64,000 nt of DNA from the human T2T-CHM13v2.0 reference genome, Homo sapiens, in assembly GCF_009914755.1 (NCBI RefSeq), contig NC_060933.1. One strand, 5' to 3'. The stretch's first letter is position 1. The number at the start of each line of letters is the position of its first letter. The notes under the pieces were generated by a model. That model was not told the DNA's origin. It did not search any database and worked only from the letters and a program-made list of their open reading frames with translations. A program made the position numbers and the translations under genes. This document shows positions 12,216 to 29,684 of the stretch, in pieces.

Positions 12216-13784
12216 GTAAACCGAAAAATGGAATCCTCAGGTGTCAGGGGCACCTGTTGGGAGGGGAACCATCCGGAGTATATACCCGGTTCTTCCACAC
12301 TGTGCCTTGCACTCCACCCCGTGAGCAGGGAGAAGGAGGAGGGCCGTGTGTATGAGACCATCATTTTATTTACTTCACACAAGAGCCACTGATGAGATGA
12401 AGAAGCTAAAGCTGAGCTGGATTAAGGCACTCGCCAAAAGTAAGTTGGTGGTTGAAGTAGGCTTCAAGGATGGCTTGTCTGATTTCAAAGCTAATCCTGG
12501 TTCCCCACACTAACAGAGCCCGGCAGTGTATGACATTTGAAGCAAAAGGGATGGCAAGCGAAGCATTAATAATTATGCTTTCTCCTTCTGACCTTTTCTG
12601 GGAGAAAGTTAAGAAAAAAATAGCCGTTTGAGACTTAGTGTATTGAGCAATGGGAAATCCAGCAGGCAGAGGCTGTTTGCGCAGAGAAGACCAAGCTCAG
12701 TCAATGAACTGAAGATTGGTTTCATTTAATTACGTTCTATCTTTAGGTTCTGTGAGGACAATCCTGAAATTCTGTCTTAGGTTGTTCAAAACAAAAATGT
12801 CACACAAGAATATGCATTGCTGTTTAAATGTACCCAGGTAAGCATCATTACAAAATAGTTTCCTGTTCCATAGACCAGGATACACCATACAGCCGACCAC
12901 CATCCCTGAGAAAGAAGAGCTCTGTGTGTGTGTGGCCCTCCTATCTCTACACACACTGATGTTACCAGAACTCTGTTATTTCTGTCCCTGGAGTTCCAGT
13001 AAGGACACAACTTTCCTCCCTTCTTCTCATTCCTAGTTCTCTTTCAAATTTAGCTGACCTGGAATGTGGGCCCAACATTGCCTGGACAAGCACAACTTGA
13101 TCCTGATATTAGCCTTTTATTCAATGCTTCCAGCTGACTACATCTAGAATTTCCCAACTGCCGTTCCCCTGAATTTGGCCTGTTAAAAACTGCAATGGAA
13201 AAAATTTTGCTGTATTTTAGATGCATCATCTCAACAGTTTATGGCTTTCACTTGTTTTTCAAAACATCTTTTTTTTTGGTCTATACTTGATTTTGTTTGA
13301 AATTGCTGATAAATCCATATAGCCCTGTAACATATATGGTGAAACTTCATAATCCTTAAGAACATGGGTAACTGTGTGGTTATCATATGTAGGAATATGC
13401 TCAATATTTGAAAAGCACTATCGAACTTCATTTTTACCACAATCCTATAAAGTATATATGACTATCTCCCCAGTTTGTAGAAGCTGAGCCTCAAAATGCT
13501 CAAATAATATGTCCTGGTATCACAGTTGGTAGAGCTGGGATTCAAATATAGAACTGTCTTCAAAGTCCATGTTTCTAGCCATCATACTATATTGTATAGA
13601 ATACTGAATATTCATATTTTAGGATAATATTAAGGGAAGCCAGAATCACTGTATCAAAGCTGGGAGGACTTGCTTTGCAGACGATTAAATCAAAATACCT
13701 CATTGTGCAGATGGCTAGTGGTAGGTGGGATGAGAGAAGAAGCAGCTTTCAAAGTCTGCAGAGTGAGAGTAGAAGTGGTTGGAT

Positions 13785-14070
13785 TCTTATTCAACATGTA
13801 TTCTTCTGTCTCCCCCTTCCTAAGGGAACCCTGCTTTTGTTTAGGCCTTCACGCTTCGTGATTTGACCCTGTGTTTCAAGGGAGGCTGTGCAATTGCCAA
13901 TGCTGGGGAATGAATCATGATTGGCCTAATCCATCATGGTGAACCCATTCCCTCACCAATGATAGGCTTAGACATAGGCAGAAGATATAATTTTGGCCAA
14001 TGAAATATGAGGAAATCTAATGGAGGGTTTCTGGTAATATTTCTTTACTTTGAAAAGAGCCATAGAAAGA
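13785..14070 (+). mobile_element. Old MaLR LTR fragment (MLT1J/K/L-like)
   Basis: cccccttcctaagggaaccctgcttttgtttagg, gattggcctaatcca, ttttggccaatgaaatatgaggaaatct. Confidence 0.5.
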
Positions 14071-14644
14071 CACCTGAAGATATCCTAATGTAGGCAGAGG
14101 AAGAATTAGTACTTCTATTATTTACTATTCACCATGCTGTGCTTCCATAAATGACCTCTTATTCTTAGAACAAAATGGGATGGCAGGTTTTATCATACCC
14201 ATTCATAGATGAGGAGACTCAGACTTAAGAGCAGTTAAGTAATTCAGCTGTTAATAGTAGAGACAGGATTCAAATCCAGAAATGTATGGCTTCAAATGTA
14301 TCTTGTTTTAGGTTAGTTACTTTTACTTTGGAATAAATTTGACATAGGTTTATGTTAATAATTGTGTTGGTAAGTCTCCAATAGTGTGTTCGCTTCTGTG
14401 TGTCCAGGTAGAGTTAGGTTCTGAGTCCGCAGAGCTGTCTGTCCTTAGGTCCTCCTCCACCTAGGAATCATATGGTCCCTTCAGCTGAAGTCTTGGTCAG
14501 ATGATCCTCTGAAATGACAATAGCCTAGAGGCTTGTATGTGATAAGGGAGGTTAAAATCATTCAGTAATGCTGGCTTTGGGGACAGGATTGGGAGGCTCC
14601 TTTTCTCTTAATGATTTGCTCTCAAATTTTTTAAATTAAAAATC

Positions 14645-14769
14645 TTTTTTGTAAAGATAGAGTCACACTGCATTTCCCAGTCTGGTCTTGAACTCCTGGG
14701 CTCAAATGATCTGCCTGCCTTGGCCTCCCAAAGCACTGGAATTACAGGCATGAGCCACTGCACCCAGCC
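14645..14769 (-). mobile_element. FLAM_C / AluJ left monomer
   Basis: ctggtcttgaactcctgggctcaaatgatc...ggcatgagccactgcacccagcc; a single monomer only. Confidence 0.85.
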
Positions 14770-15345
14770 TTGTCTTGCTGTCAATTCTGAATCACTTGAA
14801 GATGTTGACTTGAGTCAGCTATGGTCACAACAAATGATAGAAAACACCAAGTGATTGTTATTTGGCACAGGTTAGGCAACTGGTTTGTTTCCTTCCTTGG
14901 TTGAATTAACTCAATTGACTGGTATAGGCCCAAGTTCATTTCTTTTAGGAAAAGCCACGCAAATCTCTCTAAATAAAGATAAAAATGTCTACCTTACAGG
15001 GTCATAGTGAGAACTACGCTCTGGGTACAGTTTCTATTACATGGTAGGAAACAGACATGCTAGCTCCCTAAGTCCCCATTTTCCTCTATGCTTCCTTCAA
15101 ATGTTTGATCAATATAAAAGTTATCCAGAGGAGAAATGTTTTTGCATCTTGTAAACATTGCTAACTCTCTTACTCAATGCCATTTTTCAAAAAGAATTAT
15201 TTTAGAATCTAGAACTAAATATAGGTTAACTTCTTCTTTTTCCAATTAAAAAAATTTCCAACCCATCCTATGTTTCTTTTTGTCATGGCTTCCAGGATAA
15301 TCAGAAGTAAATTTAATTACCAAGGGCATTGACCAGCTTGCATCC

Positions 15346-15397
<52 letters not shown>

Positions 15398-15418
15398 GTC
15401 TATCATCTATCTATCTAC
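15346..15418. repeat. (TCTA)n tetranucleotide STR
   Basis: About 12 uninterrupted TCTA units followed by variant units. Confidence 0.95.
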
Positions 15419-15455
15419 ATTTTTATCCTTATCATCTAGATGTCTATCATCTATC

Positions 15456-16305
<850 letters not shown>

Positions 16306-16384
16306 CTACCAATTTCACTCCCGATGTATGCTTTTGCCTTCTGCTCCCCAATGTTTTCTCAGGTATGCTGTTCAATTTCTCTAA

Positions 16385-17350
16385 TTGTTTATTCCACAAT
16401 CACTTACTGAGTGCTGCTATATATGAGACATTGACAATACAATTGTAAACAAAATCTTTGTCCCTCACCAAGCTCTCACAGTTTAATGAAGGGACACACT
16501 AAAACAAAAACTCAATTGAGTATATGTTTAGAAATAGTATGATTTATAAATTATGACAGGTGCTATGACATAATGTGAGATATATGAGATTATGAAGGGA
16601 GATATGATTCATATTGGTCTGGGATTATCAGAGTCTGAAGAAGGGAGATCTCAGCTGGAAGTTTATAATATAAAGGATTCAGCTGAGCAAGTGTCAGAGG
16701 ATGGAGTATTTGAGGAAGAGGAGGCAACAGCCTGTGCAGGGAAGCCAAGAGGAAAGTGGCTGGGATGAGGCTGGGAGGTGGGCAGGGCCAGGTCCCACAG
16801 GGCATTGTGGGCTATGCCAATGTTTCAGATTTTTGTCCCATTAACATGGGAGGCCACTGCAGGCTTCTAAGCAGAAGAATGATCTGCCACATGGAAAACA
16901 AATTTGAGGAGGCAGGAGTGATAGCAGAGAACTAGTTAGGAGACTTTTATAGTGGTCCAGGTGAAGAATGATGGCTTGGACTCGAGTGACAACAGTGGAG
17001 ATGACAATAAATGGGCATATTCGAGGCATATTTTATAGAAGGAAAAGACATGGCTTGTTGATGAATGTGGAAGATGAGATGTGGGAGGCATTAAGGATCC
17101 TTGCCAGTTTCCAGAATGAGTAACTAGATGGCCAGAGGAGCCATTACCAAGATGTGAGGCACAGGAGGAAAAATAGATTTAGGAGGGAAGATCAAGGTTC
17201 AGCTTTTGACAACTTAAATTTCAGATGCCTGGAGGATATTCAAGTGGAGATGTCAAATAGGAAGGTGGATACATGGCCTGGAGCTCAGAAGAAGGGTCTG
17301 TGTTGAAATACAACTTTGGGAGTTCTTGGCAAATAGAGACTACTTGAAAC
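16385..17350 (-). mobile_element. L2 (L2a/b-like)
   Basis: cacttactgagtgctgctata, gggaggccactgcaggcttctaagcag, gtccaggtgaagaatgatggcttggac, caagtggagatgtcaaatagg, gagctcagaagaaggg. Confidence 0.75.
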
Positions 17351-18139
17351 CATTATTATTCACTTTAGGTGGGTTTGTTTTTTTTTTAAATTGTCAGGCT
17401 GACCTTGTTCAGGTATATTTGGCTCCTCTTTTAAATATCTGAGCCTGTGACTCTGGTTATACCTTCCAGTCTCCAATTTTAATCATCCAATTTCTGCCTT
17501 ATTTTATAGGTTTCTTTCTAATTACATTGTAAAGTCAGTGTACTGCAATAGAAAGAGATTCTGATTATTTGTGTGCCTTAGGGAAACCACTGATTATCTC
17601 TGGGTATTCTTTTCCTAACTATAAAAGAAGGGAATTGATTGTTTTCAGTTTCAAAAATCTATGACTCTGTAATCTAAGAAGTACTCGCTAAGGTATGTCT
17701 ATTTTTCTACATCCACAAAGGCTTTATCTTTAGGTGGTAACCACTGGTAAGTTAGCAATGTTTTGATTAGATTTTGCAGGATATTTTGAAGTACACATCA
17801 TGTCCATCAATTAACGATTAAATCAAACACTGTTCATGTCAATCTCAGATACTATTGCTGTAATTCAGAACAGCATTTCTTCTGCACTTGTGGATAGAGG
17901 TTATGGGGAAAAGTAGAAATTTAGATATTTACTCATCAAAATAGCATCACATTTAAATCTAAGACAAACCCACATCCCTGTAAATTCCTATAGGAATGGA
18001 CGCTTTTTGGACAAAGTAAAAAATAATCCAAATATTATGCAAGAGTCTAGTAAATGCAATAACCTAGATGATGAGGCACAAGTAATAGCATTTCCTTATG
18101 TTCTCTGAGGTACAGCTATACAACGTGTCACCATTTTCA

Positions 18140-18337
<198 letters not shown>

Positions 18338-18829
18338 TTACACCCTTCCTGAGAGATTGCCACCACAGTACATATTTGTGTGATACTGCCATCAGACCAA
18401 AAAAAGGGCGTGATGAGTTTTCATCAACTTTCTTTCAAAGCACTCAAAGACATTCCTAGTCATGATTACCCTTAAATCAGCTGCATCTCTGAGTAGATGA
18501 ATTGAGTTGGAAAAGGAGAGGAATGGGCTGTGCACAGTGCATTAGTGAAAAATTTTAAGATCTTCTGCCTTTCCCATTAAGACATTCCTTAGAGGCAATC
18601 TTTGAGGTCTTTATCAGGGCTAGGATTTCCTATCTACCTCTTCCAGAACCCCTCTTCTGAACCTTAAATATACAAAATCAGATTAATCTTAGTCTGTGGT
18701 TGATGACATTCTGTTATCGGTGTTAATGCATGACCCTCTCTTACTTTTTAAATTTATTTTTAATTTTTGAATAATATAATAAAACCATGTGAATAAACAA
18801 TACAGTATGAGAACTAAAATATAAACAGG

Positions 18830-19840
<1,011 letters not shown>

Positions 19841-20167
19841 CAGCTTAGACTCTGTATCCTCACACTGTGTGGCTTTACTTGCTTTCCAAAATGTTACTAT
19901 ACTGTTAATCTCTTTGCTCAGCCATGTCAAAGAAGCTAATTAGCTACATTATGTTTTAGCTATTGGACAGAATAGTAAAAAAAAAAACCCAAACCCTTTT
20001 TTTTTTTGCCTTCAACATGATTGAGGAAGAGAGATTAAAAATATAGTTCATTTTTCATGGATAAAGACTAAAAGATTGTCAAGCATCCAAAGATACTTAA
20101 TGGAAACAAATACCTCCTATAATTATTCTAGCTTACAATTCAATTTCAAGAGCACTGATTTTTGTTC

Positions 20168-20436
20168 CTTTTTTTTTTTTTTTTTTTTGAGACAGAGTCT
20201 CGATCTCGGCTCACTGCAAGCTCCGCCTCCTGGGTTCACGCCATTCTCCCGCCTCAGCCTCTTGAGTGGCTGGGACTACAGGCGCCCGCCACCACACCCA
20301 GCTAATTTTTTGTATTTTTAGTAGAGATGGGGTTTCACCGTGTTAGCCAGATGGTCTCGATTTCCTGACCTCGTGATCCACCTGCCTCGGCCTCCCAAAT
20401 TGCTGGGATTACAGGCATGAACCACTGCGCCCGGCC
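20168..20436 (-). mobile_element. AluY with a 32-bp deletion in the right arm
   Basis: gcaagctccgcctcc...ttcacgccattctc. The junction agtctCG|atctcgg lacks ctctgtcgcccaggctggagtgcagtggcgcg. Confidence 0.9.
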
Positions 20437-20729
20437 TATTTATTCAATCTTTAAGTCTCCAAGTGATACACATTCTGGCGTGGTTTCATGTAGGGATTCA
20501 TGTAGAATAGTGCTTGGGGCACAGTAGAGCCCAGTATGTCCTAGTACTTATTATTAGAATCCAAGGATGATTTAACCAAGCTGTGTGCCACAATCTGTTG
20601 CTGTTGTTGAAAACTATTGACCCAGGGAGGAAAAACACATTGATATTCGGCAAACCTGGCTAATTATCCTAACCATCAACCCACTCCTACCAGATAGTAG
20701 CAAGTCCTCCTACACTTTGTTCTTATATG

Positions 20730-20970
20730 GCCCAGTTCTCCCTTATGGTGCCTATCTCAGTTGTAATGAAATAATAATTATGCTGTGTCTTGTTTAATAT
20801 CTGTCTCCCCTGTAGAGTATACATTCCATTACAGCAGAGACCATATCCACCTTGGTCACTGCTAAGTCCTGACCACTTAACATGGTGCCTATTTACTCAG
20901 GGAATATTTGTTGCATGAATGAGTGAGTGAATGAATAAATGAATGTGTGAGTGAGTCAGTGAATCAGTGA
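20730..20970 (+). mobile_element. L2 3' end
   Basis: tctgtctcccc...catggtgcct...aatatttgttgcatgaatgagtgagtgaatgaataaatgaatg. Confidence 0.7.
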
Positions 20971-21442
20971 CTATTATACGCTTGTGCCTAGTATTGTGCA
21001 TGATGTGCAAATAAGTCCTGAATAAGTGTTTGTGCAGTTGAATTGGCAACAGCATTCATTATGTTTCTAAAGAAAGCTGATTACTTCCTTCTAATAAATT
21101 ACCCATTATATTTTAAAATGTTATTTAATAATAACATCAGCAGAATCAAAAGCTACCCATCCAAACTCTTTTGTTTTCAGTCCTGCCTTTCAAACCAAAA
21201 CTTCTAGGCATAAAACAGGCACTCAAAATAGCTCTTTGAATGGAAAATTCTAATCATGCTTTTGACGTTGTCATCATTTTCTTGACTTCCTATTGTTAAG
21301 CAACAAATAATGTTATTAGAAAAAAATACAATCCATTAAAACTCAGTTTTTTATGCGTTATTTCATCTCTTTTATTGGTTATACACATATCTCAAGCCTT
21401 TTTCTTTTAAAGAAAAAGATTGTGTATCTGCATTAAAAAAGG

Positions 21443-21689
21443 TATTCTCACTTATAGGTGGGAGTTGAACAATGAGATCACATGGACACAGGAAGGGGAA
21501 TATCACACTCTGGGGACTGTGGTGGGGTGGGGGGAGGGGGGAGGGATAGCATTGGGAGATATACCTAATGCTAGATGACGAGTTAGTGGGTGCAGTGCAC
21601 CAGCACGGCACATGTATACATATGAAACTAACCTGCACAATGTGCACATGTACCCTAAAACTTAAAGTATAAAAAAAAAAAAAAAAAAA
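21443..21689 (+). mobile_element. 5'-truncated L1PA2-type 3' end (~250 bp)
   Basis: L1 3'UTR with gagatcacatgg, ggggaatatcac and ctagatgacGAGttag (GAG, not the Ta ACA). A-tail; TSD aaaaaagg at 21435-21442 and 21684-21691. Confidence 0.9.
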
Positions 21690-21699
21690 GGAACAAAAG

Positions 21700-22126
<427 letters not shown>

Positions 22127-22386
22127 TTAAATTCTTAACTTCATACTTATGATAAATCTACATATTCTAAGAATAGAATTTTGGCACTACAACAAAAGTG
22201 TTAAGATTCCCTAATGAAAAAGCTATGTTGAAGTTTCAGAGACATTTATAAAAAATGTTACACAAGAAATAATAAATATTAAATCACTCCACTCGATCAT
22301 GTCTAGGTTAATTTGCAGTTGCTAAAAACAGATTACTATCCCTTTAAAATTTCTGTTTAAATACATGTATTGAATATTGATATTTT

Positions 22387-23368
<982 letters not shown>

Positions 23369-24239
23369 ATATTGATATTTTAATGATTTCTAGCAATAAT
23401 AATCATTTTTAGCTAATGAAAACAAACTATGCATATGGAATGATGGGAAAAATAGGAAAATAAATTATGTGATGATGAGAAGACTTATTTGTTAAAAGAG
23501 ATAAAAATCCATTTTATTCAAAAACATAAAATAAAACCTTGAGGGTTTTATTTCTGTCCCCATTTATAGTTGCTTTTCAAATTTGCTAGTGTTCATTGGT
23601 CAAAGAATTCTCATTTTTAAATTGCTGACTCAACTGAGCAGCCTGAGTTGCTTTCATTATTACTAGAAACGTGGCTTTGCAATAAAGACAGGGTTGACTA
23701 TTTTGTGGTTGATGAATGAAGCAAAATGGAATCCTTCAACTCTAAAGATGAAGGCATCAGGCATCCTGGAAATTGGATACAGCTTAATGGCCCAAGAGAA
23801 CAGTTTTCAGAATAGAATCCTGATCTTTTCACCATGGATAAATCAGCTTTATTAAGCTAAGAGTGGTGGAAATATATTTTAGCTAGCAAATGTATAGTTA
23901 GAAATTCATAGACTAAAAGAATCTTCCGAAATGTGGTTGGAAAAGAGATGTTTTGAAAATAGCATCTCAGATAGGGTTAAAAAGGCTTCAGGGTGAAAGA
24001 TTTATTCAATTTTGCAGTCTGTCCTTGGAATACCATATTTAGCTACTCTGGGATAATGGTTGAGAACATATTGTAATGGTCCCAACTATAAAGGTACTAT
24101 AAAATGGGTTTCCCTTAGCCTCAGCATATCAAAGTGGGGAGAGAAATGTGTGGGAGAAGTTGAGACTTAGGAAGACTATCCTGGAAGAATTTTACAGTTA
24201 ATTGGTCTCAATGCATTAATCAATATACTATATAATAAT

Positions 24240-24450
24240 AATTTGTTGAGCACTTCTTATGTGCCAAACAAGTTCCTACAGTACATGCTTTATATGTATT
24301 ACTTAATCCTCACAACAATTCTATCATAAATTTCCTATTCATCTCCCCATTATGCAGGTGAGGAACCTGAAGAGTAGATTAGATAACTTGCCAGTTAATA
24401 ACAGCAATTTTATCCTAACCCAAGTACTCAGACTCCAGAGCCAGTGTTCC
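24240..24450 (-). mobile_element. MIR
   Basis: ttgagcacttcttatgtgcca, ttaatcctcacaacaa, ccccattatgcaggtgaggaacctga. Confidence 0.75.
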
Positions 24451-24886
24451 AAGCATTGCATTAAATAATTATTGGAAAGCAAGTAAAAGAACAAACTCAT
24501 AAACAGGCAAAGGTCTTTGGCAGAAAGATCACACATCATTATTGTGCAGTTACGTTACTCTTTCTCCTTGTTTGAGCTTTATTGTCAGCTAACTCCAATG
24601 CACAAATTGGAGACACGTATTCATTTATCTCAACACTTTTTTTTCTCCCCTGCACACAATATGTATTTGTGCCCCTGGTTTATGGTTTTTAATTCGACCA
24701 AAGACTTTCCACATGCTTTCGCATCCTTAATAGTTTTGGTTTGCTTTGCTATATACTCTGTACCGATGAGTACTCATGAAAGGGTTTCAAACTCAGTGTG
24801 GAGCCACTGTCCCTTATTTGCCTTATTTTTCCCTTTTAAGTCAAAATAAATGCAGAATGGTGAAGTTTGGAGGGATAGTTAATAGT

Positions 24887-25226
24887 TATCTTAGTCTGCT
24901 CAGGCTTCTATAACAAAATATCATAGACTGGGAGACTTAAAAACAAAAGAAATTGGTTTCTTATAGTTCTGGAGGCTGGGAAGTCCAAGATCAGGGCAAT
25001 GGTAGATTTGGTGCCTGGTGAGGGCCTGCTTTCTGGTTCATAGATGGTGCCATGTAGCTAGGTCCTCACATGCTGAAAAGGGTGAATGAGCTTCGTTGAG
25101 CCTATTTCGTAGGGGCACTAATTCCATTTTATTAGGGTGGAAACTTCATGACCTAATACCATCACCCTGGGGATTAGGTTTCAACATATGAATCTGGGGG
25201 GAGGCACAAACATTCAGACCACAGCA
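24887..25226 (-). mobile_element. MLT1A0-type solo LTR
   Basis: ttctggaggctgggaagtccaagatc, ggattaggtttcaacatatgaat, cacaaacattcagaccacagca; TSD atagt/gtagt. Confidence 0.8.
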
Positions 25227-25574
25227 GTAGTTACACTGAGTGTCACACATAGAGTACTGAGTGTGTTACTACTATATGCAGTGACAGTACATTCAGCATG
25301 AAGGAATCATTGCACTCTGTTTTCTCTCCTAAGTACATTTAAACATTTGGGAAAGTATAAGTACAAGCTATTAACTACCTAAGTGAGTGAATTAGGTACC
25401 TATTTCAAACCTAATTAGTTATTTAATAGGTAATACATCACTTATTACATTAATGTTATATGCCTAGCATTGTACTAGGCCCTGTGAAAGGTTATGGGTA
25501 GGCATATAAAACATTCCTGTAAACTAAATGACCAAGTATTGCTCATACACCGCTTTGATGATTTTTTATACCTA

Positions 25575-26158
<584 letters not shown>

Positions 26159-27677
26159 TTATACGTATCCTTTTGTATTTTACTGAGTTATGTTTTTGGG
26201 GTATGAACTTATTGTCAGAAGTAGAATTGAATTAATTTTCTGATGTGTACCCCATCCATTTGGAGAATAACCTCACAATGATAACAATATTCTCTCAATT
26301 AAAACCTGCAGTATTTCTACTCTCTTGCAGGGAGGGCTTTTCCATGCACCATTTTGTGCTCATCTCCTTTGAAAACAATGTGATGTCTAGAGATGTTGGG
26401 AACTGCAAGACACTAAGTCTCAGGAACACAGATGGAAATGTAAACAGGAAACCAGTGGGGAGTTAATTGCGTGGCATCTGGCACTAGGGTCCAGCAGAGG
26501 CAAACAAGCCATCCTACCACTGTCTTTTGACAAGATAGAGTTGTCCCCTGAAGATAAAGGTGGAAAATGGAGCCCCTCATTCTTGTGTCCTCTACCCATG
26601 ATTCATTGTTAGTAGCTCCTAATGGCAGAAGGGATCTCAGTTACCCAGTGCATCTAGGACAGAAATAAAATGTAACATCCCCAGATGCCACAAAAAAGGA
26701 GAAATTTTTCATTGTTACATTAAAATGGGATTATATACTGAATGTTGTTTATTTTTCTAGCTTTTTCTTTTTCTCCCTTTGCTATCTAAGACGGTAGTCT
26801 TAATAGAAGACCACTACTGCTAATTGCCTCTCTTTCTGAGTTCCATCCCTGCTTCAGGTGGGGGTGACTTTGCCTGGAGAGGGGACTGATTTCTGCTAGG
26901 AGAAGATGTGGAGAAATAGCATCAGCTGTAACATTCTCATTTATCATGAAAACAAAGACAGAGGTAAACATTTTAATCTGCTGATATATTTAGAGGAGAC
27001 AGAGACTAACTGTGGTTGGGAAATTGAAATCAGAATAGTCTTGATATCCTAGTTAACATACAGGAAAGTTCAGATTTCTGGAAATAGCAGTTGGGCACCC
27101 CCACGGGATTGTTTTAAGCCAAAGTGTTTTCTGTCAAGTGAGCATGGCTGTCTCGAGAGCCAGCATGCACTATCAGGAAGGGAAGCTGGGAATTGGGAGA
27201 AGTGAAATTTGCTGGTTCAAACTATCAGCTCCGTATATCAACCGTCATTCAGAATGAAAGGAGCTACCGACAAAGCAATCTTTCTTTGGTTCTGAAGTTT
27301 GATTGATTGGGTGATCACATTAGAAGGAAAAATTTGCTGCCAGTGGAGAAAAAGACCTGAGATCCCAAACAAGGATCCCAAGGTTTTGTTTGGGACCTTA
27401 AAGGGCATTAAACTATAGAATGAGTTTTTTTTTCTACTTATTTTCCAACCAGTGGAATAATACTTATTTAAGAACCAGGAGCTTTAGATTTCAGTCCCAG
27501 TATTATCATCTAATTGTACAATTATGAAAATGTTATGTAATGTCCCTGGGCTTTCTTGTTTATCAAATGAGTAGATTGCATTAGATCAATATTGGGGCCC
27601 TCCCAGTTGTAAAATGTAATCATCCTAGTTTTTCTGTCAGATTTGCTAGAGTATTTGGCTGTTAGAAAATACAGATT

Positions 27678-28305
<628 letters not shown>

Positions 28306-28989
28306 TTAGGGGACAGAACCCGAACACTAAGGGCCGCACAAGCTACCTAGGTGCTGACTTAGCTGTCTTGGCTTCTCACTGATGTCTAGACTACAGACCA
28401 GGGGAGACAGGCACTCTTATAAGACAGCATGACATCTTTCCAATGAGTTTATCTACCAGCTCCTTTAATTACTTCTAAATCCATCAGTAAAGCCAGAGCC
28501 ACTCTGAATTGAATAGGAAGCGCATAGAGAACGTTTATTCTTATTACACTGTTAGAGGGACTTCTTGTTGTTAGGCATTGCATTCATTGTTCTCTATACC
28601 TTTTATCACTCAGAATGACTGTGATATAACAGATGAGGAAATTGAGGCTCAGAGGATTGAAGTAACTTAAACCAGGTTACACAGCTAGTAAGTGTTGGGA
28701 CTAGGTTCAGATGAAGGGTGAGTCTCAGCATAGGCTGAGCTTCCACCTACAAAGAGGGCAAGGAAGGAGAAGTTTTAAAAGGAAATAACTGTCTAAAATA
28801 CATGCAACGATTTCTTTGTTTTCAGCCACTTCCAATTCTTTTTGGAAAGGTGAAAGACATACATCCATTTAAGAAAGGATTTTCTATGAGGAACAGTTTC
28901 AGAAAAGCTCTTAGTCTAATTTGCTTTTATTGTGACTATGTCCTGAGCCCATCCCTGGATATTGTTACCATGGAAATGGACTATCATTC

Positions 28990-29684
28990 CTTTTTTAAAA
29001 ATTTTTTTTATTTTTTTATTTTATTATTATTATACTTTAAGTTTTAGGGTACATGTGCACAATGTGCAGGTTAGTTACATATGTATACATGTGCCATGCT
29101 GGTGTGCTGCACCCATTAACTCGTCATTTAGCATTAGGTATATCTCCTAATGCTATCCTTCCCCCCTCCCCCCACCCCACAACAGTCCCCAGAGTGTGAT
29201 GTTCCCCTTCCTGTGTCCATGTGTTCTCATTGTTCAGTTCCCACCTATGAGTGAGAAGATGTGGTGTTTGGTTTTTTGTCCTTGCGATAGTTTACTGAGA
29301 ATGATGATTTCCAATTTCATCCATGTCCCTACAGAGGACATGAACTCATCATTTTTTATGGCTGCATAGTATTCCATGGTGTATATGTGCCACATTTTCT
29401 TAATCCAGTCTATCGTTGTTGGACATTTGGGTTGGTTCCAAGTCTTTGCTATTGTGAATAGTGCCACAATAAACATACATGTGCATGTGTCTTTATAGCA
29501 GCATGATTTATAGTTCTTTGGGTATATACCCAGTAATGGGATGGCTGGGTCAAATGGTATTTCTAGTTCTAGATCCCTGAGGAATGGCCACACTGACTTC
29601 CACAATGGTTGGACTAGTAATGCAAATCAAAACCACAATGAGATACCATCTCACAGCAGTTAGAATGGCAATCATTAAAAAGTC
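28990..29684 (-). mobile_element. 5'-inverted (twin-primed) L1PA3-type element
   Basis: Minus-strand 3' end 28990-29618 (ORF 29234..29605 is the L1 ORF2 C-terminus) and a 66-bp inverted piece at 29619-29684. TSD tggactatcattc at 28977-28989 and 29685-29697. Confidence 0.9.

Noticed and set aside
21520-21546. G-quadruplex-like G-tracts here and at ~46423-46445
   Set aside because: An intrinsic feature of every L1PA 3'UTR, not locus-specific.
29234-29605. 123-aa ORF and its near-twin at 46002..46367
   Set aside because: Both are C-terminal fragments of L1 ORF2 in truncated L1PA copies, not host genes.
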